DNA from: Utricularia gibba
Taxonomy: Eukaryota > Plantae > Magnoliophyta
Direction: 5' to 3'
NCBI GenBank assembly: GCA_002189035.1
Contig: NEEC01000014.1
Coordinates: 372,001 to 436,000 of the forward strand
Length of the DNA: 64,000 bases
Shown: piece after piece, positions 11,718 through 24,022 of the stretch
How positions within the stretch are numbered: the stretch's first letter is position 1
Layout of the letters: every line of letters begins with the position of its first letter
Translations under genes and position numbers: made by a program
Notes under the pieces: model-generated
Seen by the model: the letters and a program-made list of their open reading frames with translations, nothing else
The model's database searches: none
What the model was told of the DNA's origin: nothing

Positions 11718-12841
11718 ATGGCGAAAGGAGAAGGGAGTTCTCTGAATGCTTTGATCGCGGTGGTTGCGCCTCTTCCTTCCATTATCGTCTATCTGTTGTT
11801 CCTCCGCCGTATCGCGGGAGAGAGGGATTCCCTTTCCCCTCTCTGGTTATGGTGCTACAATCACCCCCTTCTCTTGGCTCATTTTCTGTTCTTCCTCAAC
11901 ATTGATGTTCTTTTCTGGATTGTGGGTCTTGCTCAATCCATTCATTGGGTTCGTAAATTCGCTCATCTCTTATCTCAGTAACTGCATTTCTTGGAAATGA
12001 TAGATTTGTACTGGACTGTGATTCCCGTTTTGCTGGTTCATTACTTTGCCACTCACCCATTATTAGGCAGCGCTGGCGGCTTATGGAGATCGAAAATTGT
12101 GATCTTGCTAACTTGGGCTTGGAGTGCTAGGCTCACCCATAGTTACTTCCGCCGCGAGAACTGGCAATGGGGTGCTCGAGAAGACTGGCGATTTGCCGAT
12201 ATGCGGCGCCGGTACAGGGAAAACTGGTGGTGGATATCTTTTTTCGCCGTCTACGTTTCTCAGCAGGTAATCTGAGATAACAACAATGGCTCGATTTTTC
12301 TTTGATTTTGTGCGCCTCAAGTGTTTGATGAAATGCTTGAAAGAAGAACCGCTTTGATTAATGGCAGGTTTTTTTAATGGGAATATGCATGCCCCTCTAC
12401 GCTGTCCACACGAAGGACCAACAGCTGAACATTTGGGATGCGGTGGCTTCTCTGGCGTGCTTGAGTGGTGTTGTGATTGCATATTTTGCGGATACACAGC
12501 TTCACTTTTTCGTCACTAGGAATCAGAAATTGAAAAGGCTTGGCCGAGAACTTGTTCCTACACTGGATGAAGGATTATGGAGGTATTCTCGGCATCCAAA
12601 TTACTTCGGCGAGCAGTTGTGGTGGTGGGGATTGGTGATCTTTGCTTGGAATTTGGATCAAGGATGGGCATTTATCGGGGCTTTGATAAACAGCTTGTGC
12701 TTGGCCTATGTCACTGTTCTGGTCGAGGAACGTATGCTGAAGCAAGAGTACAGAGCAGATGCTTACAAGAAATACATGCGGGAAACCTCTGTCTGGATCC
12801 CATGGTTCAAAAGATCTCCTCCAAAACAAAAAGAAACATGA
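11718..12841 (+). CDS. DUF1295 / steroid 5-alpha-reductase-like membrane protein, 3 exons
   Basis: MIDLYWTVIP, GAREDWRF, LWRYSRHPNYFGEQLWWWG motifs. Intron 2 (12267-12367) is clean; the intron 1 acceptor is problematic (see findings). Confidence 0.85.
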
Positions 12842-13054
12842 TGATTCGCTGCCGGTTTGAATCCTTGCTTTTCATGGTTCTTACATTACCTTTTAATTGG
12901 TTGCCTTGTTGATTGTTCTTCCTGCTTATTCAGATTGCTTAAGTGAAAAACTTAGACCAATGGAGTGAATAGAAAAGTCGCTAAAAGCAATCCACAAGCC
13001 AGCCACCAGATCTCAGGGATCATTACATTTCTGAATGTCTGAAACTGCAAGTTA

Positions 13055-14469
13055 TCAGACGAATCTGTTGATATAGCTTTGAAGAACTTGACGAACAATA
13101 ATCTTGTAAGTTCTTTCACTTGGATGGTAACTGTCCCAGAAGACGTACTTAGAAGTATCTGCACAGGTTCCTGCATTCCTGCACAGCCCAACCACTTCAA
13201 TGACTCCGGTTCCACAGCAGCCCCTGTCACTCACTTCAAAACCTGCAGCAGTCACAGAAAGAAGAAGCCGGTGAGAGCAGAAATATAGAGAGGTCCCCGG
13301 GTTGTTTAAGAAGTTTCAATGACCGAATTTCTGTGGGTTTTGGATGATTTGAAGCAGAGGGTCGTAGATGTCGATGAAGACAACTCTGGATTGAGGCAAG
13401 GTTTGTGTCAATGAGTCCAGAAGATGTGAGAGCTTAGAATTCAGCAACTCTGCCGCTTCATTGTACAGGTTGTTGCAATTTCTTGTCAGCCCGCCCGCTA
13501 TGGTTCTCTGAGACGGCAAACAACCGATAGATGGGATGCCTAAGAAGGCTACTCTTCGTGCTCCTAGACCGTACAGTTCCTGCGCAGAACGTAGCCGTGT
13601 TGTCAATTTCCATGAATGACCAGTACCAGAACAAAAGAAGGCCGGGGTAGCAGCCTAACCCTGATGAAAGCTGAAGCGGAGGAGGTGACAAAATCAGTGT
13701 AGGAGGCAATGTCGTAACGCAATCTCCGGTCGCTGAAACCAAAGTACGTGTTCATGAGGTCGTCGCTTCCGGCGGCCACAACATGCAAGCCATCGCTCAC
13801 AATTTGTGCAGCCCTCTGAGGGCCAACCGCACCCGCCAGCTTCTCCTTGTATGCTCTCAAATACTCCAGCTGAGCCACCAGGGGTATTGCCGCCTGCATT
13901 CATTCACAAGCATTTCTCCAGTGATGGTGTCTGTGCGTAGTCGAAAGAAGTAAAATTACGCACCGCTAGCTGAGAAGTTCGCGGGTCGAAGCCGGCTGCG
14001 CCGGAAGCAAAGCTGACTCCGGTGATGAAATCCTGCATGCTCAAATTGGGGTCCAGGTACGCCGGAACCATCTTCGTGATCCCTAGTTCTTCAGCTGCAA
14101 CACAATGCAATGCACGTCTTTCACAATAACATGCCCATCGCATACATATGTTCAGGTTTGCAGCATGCATCGAAAAGAAAGTCGGAGTGGCTCGTTACCG
14201 ATGAGGTCCGGGGGCGTTCTGCCGTTGCAAAACCTCCCCGTCGGAACCCCGCCTGGAAGATCCTTGCCATACGGCGGGAAATTCGCTTTCGCGGTGGTTT
14301 GTAGCTGATTGTTATTCCCCTGATCGACGATGGAATCGCCGTAAGCGAAAACGGCCGACGGCGGCGTCACCCCGGCCGGAAACCTTACCCTCCCATCACA
14401 AGAATCCAGCTTCATGCACACCAAAACGATGACCAAAAACCATCCCCCGCTCGGGAATCGGAATCCCAT
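13055..14469 (-). CDS. GDSL esterase/lipase (EXL/APG-like), 5 exons
   Basis: Signal peptide, YGDSIVDQGNN, TGRFCNG, GVSFASGAAG, GARRV, CCGTG and catalytic FWDSYHP. Confidence 0.93.
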
Positions 14470-14636
14470 CTTCCGATGAGCTGATGAATATCTGTTTCCT
14501 CAGCAGTTGAGGCAGGATTTAAGTTGCATTTAAAGCCAACTCCCATGGTGACACCAGAGAGACCGGCCGGTTCATGGCGACGGGCTGCTCTTCCCCGTGA
14601 GAGGCGACCACTTTTCCAATAACTTTTGTGCTTATT

Positions 14637-14653
14637 CCCCCCCCCCCCCCCCC
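14637..14653. repeat. C17 homopolymer (G17 on the GDSL sense strand), about 170 bp upstream of the GDSL ATG
   Basis: Direct count across lines 14581-14641. Confidence 0.85.
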
Positions 14654-15082
14654 TCTCATTATACATCCATTATTCCACTGTACCGGTCCCCAACGGCAAC
14701 GAAGAAGAAGGTGAATACCGTCTTGTTATTCTTCTTTTATCCAGAAACACAAGCAACGGCAACATACTCCATGTCTTGATGCCTTTCTTTTTCTTTTTTT
14801 ACAGCAGCTGAGGCATGGAAATGAAAATTATTAAAATTAATATCCACATAATTTCATAATTCTGAGAGTTTATCGTGCAGCTTTTACTATAAATACCAAG
14901 GCATACGTATCGACACAATTATAGAAAGGAGGCAGCCGCCGGCTGCGCTTTAAGGCAAAGGACCAGGTTTTAGTGTGGTTTCCTAAATTATTATTACTAT
15001 TATTTGGTGTTAGAAACGTAATTAAAATTAATAAATATATTCATTATTTTGGCCACGGTTATTCTGCACCATGCCGTGAAAT

Positions 15083-15878
15083 TTATTTCCTCTTCATTTT
15101 CATTTTCATTTTCATTTTCATTTTCCTATGTCTCCTGGCCTCAGCGGCCACCGCCTTGCTTTCATCGGCGATGCCTATTCTAACATCAAACAGCTCCGAT
15201 TTGAACCCCGCCATCTCCGGAGCAGGGGCATTGGGGTCTAAACCGAGAGGGAAGCGCGAGCGGACCGGTGGGTGACAGGGTGAACCGGCAGGAGACCGTT
15301 TGTGAGTGGGGCTGATGATATCCAATCCACGTTTGTGCGAGAGTTCCGGTGTGAGCAAGATGGCTTGGCTGCGCTTTTCCGGGCATCCCTCCAAGGGATT
15401 CTTCTGGGAAAAGGAAGATCAAGAAAACAAGAAGGGTGAATGATTGGTCCCGGAAACAACGGTAATTTAACCAATCAAGACGTGATTTCAGCGAATATAC
15501 GTATCAAGAAATCCCGAGGAAATCGCGATCAGCTAACGATTCGCCGGTAGATACCTTGGGATTTACATTGGAATCGCCTGGGGGAAACGAGAAGGGCGAA
15601 TTAGGGCTGCCAGCGGAACTGCATTTGTTCTCTGTTGGGGCGGCGACGACCTTCGGTACTGTTTCTTGGATTAGCGGCGGGGAAGGAAGTGGCGGCGGAT
15701 CAAATTTGAGGCAACAACTCCTCAACCTCTTCGCTCCCCAGACCGATTTCTCTTTCCGTCGAATAGATAAAATCAAGCGAGGAAGATCAGCAAGAATTGC
15801 GGCGGCTTCGAGTTCATCCGCCGAAAACTGGCTCAAACAGCATTTACCGTCACCGCCGGTGTGGACCCCCTCCTCCAT
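15083..15878 (-). CDS. Uncharacterised plant protein; exons 15878-15555, 15403-15083
   Basis: ELEAAAILADLP...WGAKRLRS...SPNSPFSF, then an in-frame GT-AG junction to an exon ending KAVAAEARRHRKMKMK. These motifs resemble a family of uncharacterised plant nuclear proteins. Confidence 0.7.
15095..15124. repeat. (CATTTT)5 hexanucleotide microsatellite inside the CDS, encoding (MK)n
   Basis: Direct reading of the sequence. Confidence 0.9.
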
Positions 15879-16149
15879 CGGCGTAGACTCCTACGCAGTC
15901 TGGTTTCTTTTCCTCCTTGGGCTGAGAGGAGTATTGGTTAGGGAGGCAGATTAGATTCAGAGAGTTAAATATTATATATAGTTAACTGACAGAACGACAT
16001 ACTTTTCAAGACCCTTTAGAAACTATCATTTAAAATATTTATTAATGGTTTTGCTCATGGTTATTAACTCATTTCAAATATTAAACCCGAACGTTATCCC
16101 GACAATATTTTCCTTTTGAAATAAAAAAAAATTATACTTTTTGTATTCA

Positions 16150-16278
16150 GGGATCAGATTGGCAAAAATTGGAGTGCCCAATTGTCGTAACACAGGCTTG
16201 GGGCGGACACCCTTCTCGCATGTTTACAATGCGAGCACTGACCGCACATCATATCCCCTTTAAACTTGCCTGAAGGAT
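16150..16278 (-). ncRNA. U13/SNORD13-type box C/D snoRNA (plant snoR105/108-like), guide for ac4C in 18S rRNA helix 45
   Basis: 5' AUCCUUC is complementary to 18S GAAGGAU. AAGCCUgUGUUACGAC (16199-16184) is complementary to 18S GUCGUAACAAGGUUU with one bulge. Box C AUGAUGU 16252-16246, box D CUGA 16157-16154, terminal stem GGGA/UCCC, GGGCAC motif as in vertebrate U13, internal hairpin CUCGCAU/AUGCGAG. Confidence 0.88.
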
Positions 16279-16304
16279 CATGCGTTTGCAGTATAAAAAA
16301 TAGA

Positions 16305-16356
16305 TATTTATAGTCGCTAGTAGATGCAACTTGAGTGTTCGCTTCCGATGTGGGAT
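16305..16356 (-). promoter_or_regulatory. Plant snRNA-type promoter: USE + TATA
   Basis: Perfect USE ATCCCACATCG (16356-16346), 33-bp spacer (Pol II-type spacing), TATAAATA (16312-16305), 26 nt upstream of the snoRNA 5' end. Confidence 0.9.
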
Positions 16357-18245
16357 TTCATTTCCCACATCAGATTCGCGTTGGGTCTTTAGTCCATTCA
16401 GCTGAAGAATTGGAATTTTCATCGCGTCAGTTGGTATAATACCACAAAACAAGGGCAAAATCGCTGTTGAATTGATTACAACCAGCACCTCCGTATCGGA
16501 ATCTAAAATGGAGTGGCACTCGTAGCAGCCCGTGAGCTTCCGGGGCTGCACGCTCCTGTGAGAAGTGACAGCGGATGATCAGGAATGTGTAAAGGAGGTA
16601 TATTTAGGTTACGTGGTCAATTGGTGGGATTGGGAACTGGAATCTTCCATTTGGTTTCAGGTGAGCAAATTGATGACGTTGTCCCGCGAAGATGGTGATG
16701 CCTTTTTGAGTTTGTTGCAAGGCGTCGAAGATTTGTTTGGTTTGAGTAAAACAGCAAAGACATAAAAGTCTTGTGTTTCACACCAGGGGCTTCCTTGGTG
16801 AACATATCATTTATCCTATCGCCATATGAATCAATAAAGCTTGGGTTTTTCAATATGAGACTTGACAGTGTTGACTGGTGGAAGAACCAACAGGGGAGAC
16901 AGTGAACTCGGGAAACAAATAGTACAAACCATGTATCATGTTGGAGTTTTGGCTGTCTGAAAAATGTATTGAATTGCTAATGTGATGTTTGCCTGTTTTT
17001 GCGGTGCAGAAGAAGGGAAGGCAGCTGGAGATTCTCCTTAGCGCCGAAAACCACATACCCTTTGCAGCCTACAGAACTTTAATGTTAAATCACGGAGTAT
17101 CTTCTGTCTTGTGTTGCTGGGCATGGTGAAGCCATGTTGGGTTTCAACGAACACTAAACGCAGCAGAGTCTGATGGCGATCAGTTGGATATTGAAGTGGA
17201 AGCCGAAGGAACGCATGCTTCTTAGTCTAAGTCATTTTCGAGATATGATTTAGCTTCTGCTAAGCCAAAGGAGCAGAAGACATGTTGAATAACATTAGCA
17301 GTCTCCATTGCAGCTGCAATCCCAACATTTTTGTGAGAAAGCCTCACGAACCAGCTACTGCAACGTATGCTTCACCGCCATAGCCCAGACTCTCAGAAAT
17401 GGAAGGCCCTGCAGTCATTTCACCCTGAGGCGTGGCGAGACCTGGATCATCTGCTGCCATCTTGTCTGCTCCCCCTAGGTGAGTTTTCACATTGGATGTG
17501 ATGGGGCCAACCGGGACCGGTTTGGATTTTACGGGTTGAATTGACCCGGATATGCCTCCATCAAACTTCAAAGTCCACTGGACCACCCAATTCGTGTTTT
17601 AATGAACACCAAGTAGCCTGCGTACTACACTTAGCTAACCGTCCACTCGGCTCATGATCCCAATTTTCAATACCTTTGCGTGCCACCATCTACCAACACT
17701 ACAACCATCCTTGTCCATAAATGTAAATACACATTGCATCCAGGACTCGTCACTCTATCGTATGCCGTCTGTAATAAATTTGTTTATATTTCTAAACAAA
17801 CGTATTTTTTGATATACATATGATTTATAAAATATTCCTACAATTTTATCATATAATATTTTTGAAAATATATTTTTAATTATATATATGACAACAACTT
17901 AAATATATCATTAATTAACCATGATTTATCATTCTATCATAAGATAGTTTTGGTTTCAAGAAGGTCCAAGATCACATCTTCCTTTTCACCTTCACATAGG
18001 GTAATATGTAGTAAATCATTTTGGGAATCTTAAAAATGCTTCGTGGCACATGAACAAAAGGTCTTGCATTGGGAGACAGATACCCCAAAACTTGAAAGCA
18101 AGTGGAATGATGATGACATTTCTTTTACATGTACAAGGGCTGCATTTGGCGCTACCAAAAATTCCACTTGTTGCAAAAAAGCACCCACCAAGCAAGCGGA
18201 TAATGAACAGGATATCGAGCCGAAATCTGATGCTCAGGTAGAGCG

Positions 18246-19059
18246 TCAGCAAAAAGCTCCCCTGGAGCTGGGTGGAAGAATCTCAGGAACAGTAAACAAG
18301 TTTTCTTCACTCTCCATCCATTTTTGGTCCAACCCCGTCATCTCTGGGATCTGGATCTGGATCTGGTTCTGGTTCTCGGTTGGTATGAGATCAAAACCCC
18401 AGAAGGGTTCTTTGTCTCCTTCCTCTGCAACCTGAAAGAAGTTTCAGACTTTCACTCTTTTCTCTACTGGAAAAATCGAGTTCGAAATATCTGGCAAAGA
18501 AAAAGGCAACAACCTTGGAGGACTGATATGAAGAAGATTCGAGAAAATCGTCAACTCGCCACCCAGGAAGCGTATTGATGAAGTACTCTGAAATGCTACT
18601 CGTTGACACAGTTGCCGGGGGCGGAGATCTTTTGCGTTTTTGGGTGGCTACTAATTCAGGGGAGGTTTCGATTCCAACTCCGGTCAACAGGAACCTCGCG
18701 TGTTTCCTCGTCAATTCGTTCACTTGATGCATCTGCGAATCGCAACCCCTGCATAGAATCGTTCGATCTTCTTGGCAAAACAGCAAGGCCCTTTTCTCCT
18801 GCCAGAAACAGTTCAACAAACCTCAAGGCACTCCAAAGAACCCAACTCTGATTTCAGGGGAGGAGTACTTTACCTTGCAGATATCGCAGATAGGAGATTT
18901 TCCCGAGGGGGGACGGCGGAGGGCGAGGCGGCTGTGCTTCCCCGCGAGTTTATTGGCGCAGTGGACTGTGCTGTCGCAGGAGGCGCAGAGGACGGCCTCG
19001 TCGGCGATGCAGAGCACCGCGGCTTCCTCTCGCGTACAAACATCGCAGAGAATTTTCAT
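18246..19059 (-). CDS. Double B-box zinc finger protein (BBX20/21 group); exons 19059-18874, 18798-18514, 18431-18246
   Basis: MKILCDVC...CDSTVHCANKLAGKHSR, second B-box EKRALLFCQEDRTILCRGCD, SSISEYFINTLPGWRVDDFL. The spliced last exon carries the VP motif FTVPEI. Confidence 0.9.
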
Positions 19060-19989
19060 TGTGCAACATTCAGAGCGGAAAGCCGACAGATGTGCAGACA
19101 GAGATGCGCATCTATGCAAAGAAGCAGCCAAGGACACCGCTTTATCCAATTTAATATATATGCCCCCAGCCCACTCCGCTTTAACGACGGAGTGCCTATT
19201 GTTGTACAAGTTGCATAAAGATGTGTACTTCCTTGTTTTCAATTATGTCATTATCATTATTATTTTTGTATTTTTATTCTGTCGTATTAAATGATAAAAA
19301 GCAATGCATATTGTATTGATAAATCATTTTCAAAATGAAATTAGAATTTTTATTGAACACGTAATTATTCTAATGATTTGGATTTTTTCAAACGAAATAA
19401 ATAATTTAAATAAGTATTTTGATCCATTGATGACAAGTGGCATAGTTTTATATGGGTGATAGAAAAATATTTAAAATGTTTTTTATTTTATATTTTATTA
19501 GAAGTATTTATCGAAAATTATTTTAAAAAATAGAAAAAGAGTTTTAATAGTTAATTGAGCTTTTTGACGCATGAGTTTGGGCCACCGACAAAATGGCCCA
19601 GAATGAATAAAAGGATAGCCCATTTGCTTAGGAAATTTAAAAAAATGAAAAAGAAAAAAAAGCAAGGGAGAGTTGACGCAACAATGAGTTCACTCGACGA
19701 ATAAGAATTAAGAAGAGAGTCCTTACAGCCGTATCCCAATTCCAAATCTGAGACTTGAAGAATGGAGGATGCGCAATCCCCGTTAACGCCGACTGCGGGT
19801 TGATTTTATGGATCGGAAGCGGAGAAGTAGCTCAGCCTCACTCGCCTGAACTACTCGCCGCCTTGAGATCACAGTTTTTACGCCGATCGAGTGATTCGGA
19901 AGTCGCTTCCTCTGATTGCGTATCTGGGTGCTTGTATTTTTCTTGGATTTTTTTTATCAGTTCCGGCAGGCCTGTGAGGGGTTTGCGAG

Positions 19990-22900
19990 ATGTTGACCAA
20001 ATTTGAGACGAAGAGCAACAGAGTGAAGGGACTGAGTTTCCATCCTAAGAGGCCATGGATCCTGGCGAGTCTTCACAGCGGGGTGATTCAGCTCTGGGAT
20101 TATCGCATGGGCACGCTCATTGATCGGTTTGAAGAGCATGAGGGACCGGTTCGAGGCATTCACTTCCATAAATCGCAGCCGCTTTTCGTTTCCGGAGGTA
20201 AGAATCATTTTCGATAAACTTCTTTACAAAAGATGTTTGGATTTTTTTTTTCGGTTGATTTTTTGTCGATCTGCTTAGATTTGCTTGTATTGTTCATTGA
20301 TTTAGTAATGCTGATACCGGCTTATGTTTTCCTCTTTGTTAGTGTTGATTCAATATTGTATCGGTAGGCTGATTTTACTTCCTTGGTGAATCAGAATGCA
20401 GTTTCATGGGTTGTATATTAGTTTGACTTAATGAACATGTTTTTGATTCTGTAGGTGATGATTACAAAATCAAGGTGTGGAATTACAAGTTGCACCGTTG
20501 TCTATTTACTCTTCTGGGCCATCTTGATTATATAAGGACAACACAGTTTCATCACGAGTATCCTTGGATAGTTAGTGCTAGTGATGATCAAACGATAAGG
20601 TTATGGAACTGGCAGTCACGAACTTGCCTTTCTGTACTAACTGGACATAATCATTATGTCATGTGTGCCTCATTCCATCCCAAAGAAGATTTGGTTGTTT
20701 CAGCGTCTCTGGATCAGACAATTCGTGTTTGGGACATTGGTGCCTTGAAAAAGAAGTCTGTATCGCCAACTGATGATGGCCTGCGGCTGCCTCAAATGAG
20801 CACTGATTTATTTGGTGGGATTGATGCTGTCGTGAAATATGTTCTAGAAGGCCACGATCGAGGGGTGAACTGGGCTTCTTTCCATCCTACTCTTCCTCTG
20901 ATTGTCTCTGGGGCAGATGACCGCCAAGTTAAGATCTGGCGCATGAATGGTATGAAAATTTTATGCTTTTCCATGCGCTATACATGTGATTGATTGACTA
21001 CTCTTCTCAGTTAAATTGCTTAATATATTCTTGTGAATTGAAACTTCTAGCACTAATTATGCATTAACTATGTTTCAGATACTAAGGCTTGGGAGGTTGA
21101 TACTTTGAGAGGACACATGAACAATGTTTCTTGTGCATTGTTTCATTCTAGACAGGATATTATTGTATCAAATTCAGAAGACAAGAGCATTAGAGTCTGG
21201 GATGCTACCAAAAGAACCCTTTTGCAGACCTTCCGCAGGGAGCATGACAGGTTTTGGATCTTAGCAGCCCATCCTGAAATGAGTCTCCTGGCTGCAGGTC
21301 ATGACAGTGGCATGATAGTTTTTAAGTTGGAAAGAGAACGCCCTGCCTTTTCTGTAAGTGTTGATTCAGTGCTCTATGTAAAGGAAAGGTTTTTGCGCAG
21401 CTTTGACTATTCAACCCAGAAAGATTCTCAGTTGATGCCAATTCGCCATCCTGGTTCCAACAGTTTAAATCAGGGCCCTCGGACTCTTTCTTACAGTCCA
21501 ACAGAAAATGCTGTATTGGTTTGCTCGGACACGGATGGTGGTTCTTATGAACTCTATGTGGTGCCCAAAGATGGTAGTAGTAGAGGTGACAGTGTGCAAG
21601 ATGCCAAAAAGGGTAGTGGGGCGTCGGCGGTTTTTATAGCCAGAAATAGGTTTGCTGTGCTTGAGAAATCCACCAGTCAAGTTGTGGTTAAGAATCTCCG
21701 AAATGAAATCGTAAAGAAGTGTGCTCTACCCATGGCTACTGATGCTATTTTTTATGCTGGAACTGGAAATATACTGTGTAAAACAGACGATAGGGTAACA
21801 CTTTTTGATCTTCAGCAGAGGATTGTTCTTGGGGATCTTCAGTCATCTTCTGTTAGGTTTGTGGTTTGGTCTCAAGATATGGAAAATGTTGCTTTACTTA
21901 GTAAGCACTCTATTGTTATAGCAGATAAAAAGCTTGCACATCGCTCCACTTTACATGAAACTATTCGTGTCAAGAGTGGAGCCTGGGATGATAATGGTGT
22001 TTTCCTATATGCCACCCTGACTCATATAAAATATTGCCTTCCTAATGGTGATAATGGGATTATCAAGACACTAGATGCCCCAGTGTATATTACTAAAATA
22101 TATGGAAACACTATCTTTTGTTTGGACAGAGATGGTAAAAACCGCCCTATTATTATTGATTCGACAGAGTACATATTCAAGCTGTCTCTTCTGAGGAAGA
22201 GATATGATCAGGTAATGAACATGATAAAAAATTCGGATTTGTGTGGACAAGCCATGATTGCTTATCTTCAGCAGAAGGGCTTCCCTCAAGTAGCCCTCTA
22301 TTTTGTGAAGGATGAGAAACTTCGATTTGACTTGGCAATTGAAAGTGGTAACATTGAGAAAGCTCTTGAATCTGCTAAAAAAATTGACAATAAAGATCAC
22401 TGGTATAAATTGGGGGTGGAGGCTCTTCGACAGGGAAATGCAGGAATTGTTGAGTATGCTTACCAAAAAACAAAGAACTTGGAGAGACTCTCTTTTCATT
22501 ATCTGATAACTGGTAATCTAGAAAAGTTGTCAAAAATGATGAAAATTGCTGAGGTGAAGAATGATGTCATGGCTCAGTTTCATGATGCACTCTACCTTGG
22601 TGATATACAAGAGCGAGTTAAGCTTCTGGAGACTGCCGGGCATTTGCCCCTTGCTTATATAACAGCTTCACTGCATGGGCTTCGAGATGTAGCCGATCGA
22701 TTAGCTGCTGAATTGGGAGAAAATACTCCTACCCTGCCTGAAAGGAGGAAAGCTTCTCTTTTACTACCCCCTAGTCCAGTAGCTTGTGCTGCAGATTGGC
22801 CTTTGCTAATGGTTACTAAAGGCATATTTGAGGGTGGCCTTGACAATACAGTCAAAGATGCAGATGAAGATTTTGAAGACGTTGCTGCAGATGCTAACTG

Positions 22901-24022
22901 GGGAGAGGCATTGGATGTTGGAGAAGTCGATCACATCCCTGATGGTGAGTTTACCGTGGTTGAAGAGGATGTGAACAAAGAGAATGATGAAGAGGGCGGA
23001 TGGGAGCTTGAGGATCTGAATTTGCCTCCTGCAGAGACTCCAAGGACTGCTCCAAATGGAAGGTCATCACTGTTTATTGCACCCACCCCTGGCATGCCAG
23101 TCAGCCAGATTTGGGTCCAGAAATCATCCCTGGCTGCTGAACATGCAGCTGCAGGGAACTTTGAAACGGCAATGCGCTTGTTGAATCGTCAGCTTGGAAT
23201 TCTCAATTTTGCTCCACTGAAGTCACTGTTTGTTGATCTTCAGTTGGGAAGCCACAGCTACTTGCGTGCTTTTTCTTCAGCACCAGTGATCTCCACTGCA
23301 GTCGAGAGGTGGAATGAATCGGCAAGTCCCAATGTGAGAGGCCCTCCTGCTCTTGTGTTCAGTTTCTCTCAGTTAGATGATAAGCTCAAGGCTGGTTACA
23401 AGGCTACAACCGCGGGGAAGTTTTCTGAAGCTCTTAAACATTTCTTGTCTATTCTTCACACAATTCCACTGATCGTTGTTGAAACACGGAGGGAGGTTGA
23501 AGAAGTCCGGCAACTGATTACCATAGCGAAGGAATATGTTCTTGGTCTACAGATGGAGCTCAAGAGGAGGGAGTTGAAGGGGATCCTGTTCGGCAGCAAG
23601 AACTTGCAGCTTATTTCACTCATTGCAACCTGCAGCTGCCGCACCTGAGGCTCGCTCTTCTCAACGCCATGACAGTTTGCTTCAAGGCAAAGAATCTCAG
23701 CACTGCTGCCCACTTTGCTCAGCGCCTTCGTGATACAAATCCAACAAATGAGAATCATGAAAAAACAGCTCGTCAGGTTCTACAGGCTGCGGAGAAGAAC
23801 ATGACGGATGCCACACAGCTCAACTACGACTTCAGAAATCCTTTTGTGGTTTGCGGAGCCACATATGTGCCGATTTACCGCGGGCAGAAAGATGTAGCTT
23901 GCCCTTACTGCACCACCCATTTTGTTCCTTCTCAGCAAGGACAATTGTGTGCCGTATGTGATCTCGCGACCGTGGGAGCCGATGCAGCTGGCCTGTATTG
24001 TTCTACATCACAGAGAAGATGA
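19990..24022 (+). CDS. COPA: Coatomer subunit alpha; exons 19990-20197, 20455-20949, 21079-24022; apparent 1-nt deletion at 23579-23582
   Basis: [33 protein letters not shown]40 repeats, C-terminal [14 protein letters not shown]. Restoring one base gives the expected [18 protein letters not shown]. Confidence 0.96.

Noticed and set aside
16450-16550. AAGGGC and GAGTGGCACTCGTAG resemble pieces of vertebrate U11 snRNA
   Set aside because: Spacing is about 60 nt rather than about 9; no Sm site and no correctly spaced TATA.
19060-19242. In-frame N-terminal extension of the BBX ORF
   Set aside because: The extension spans the probable TATA (ATATATTAAA); BBX proteins begin at MKI.CDVC (19059).
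23579-23582. Programmed frameshifting or RNA editing in COPA
   Set aside because: The same 1-nt loss pattern occurs in three unrelated genes here, so assembly error is far more parsimonious.
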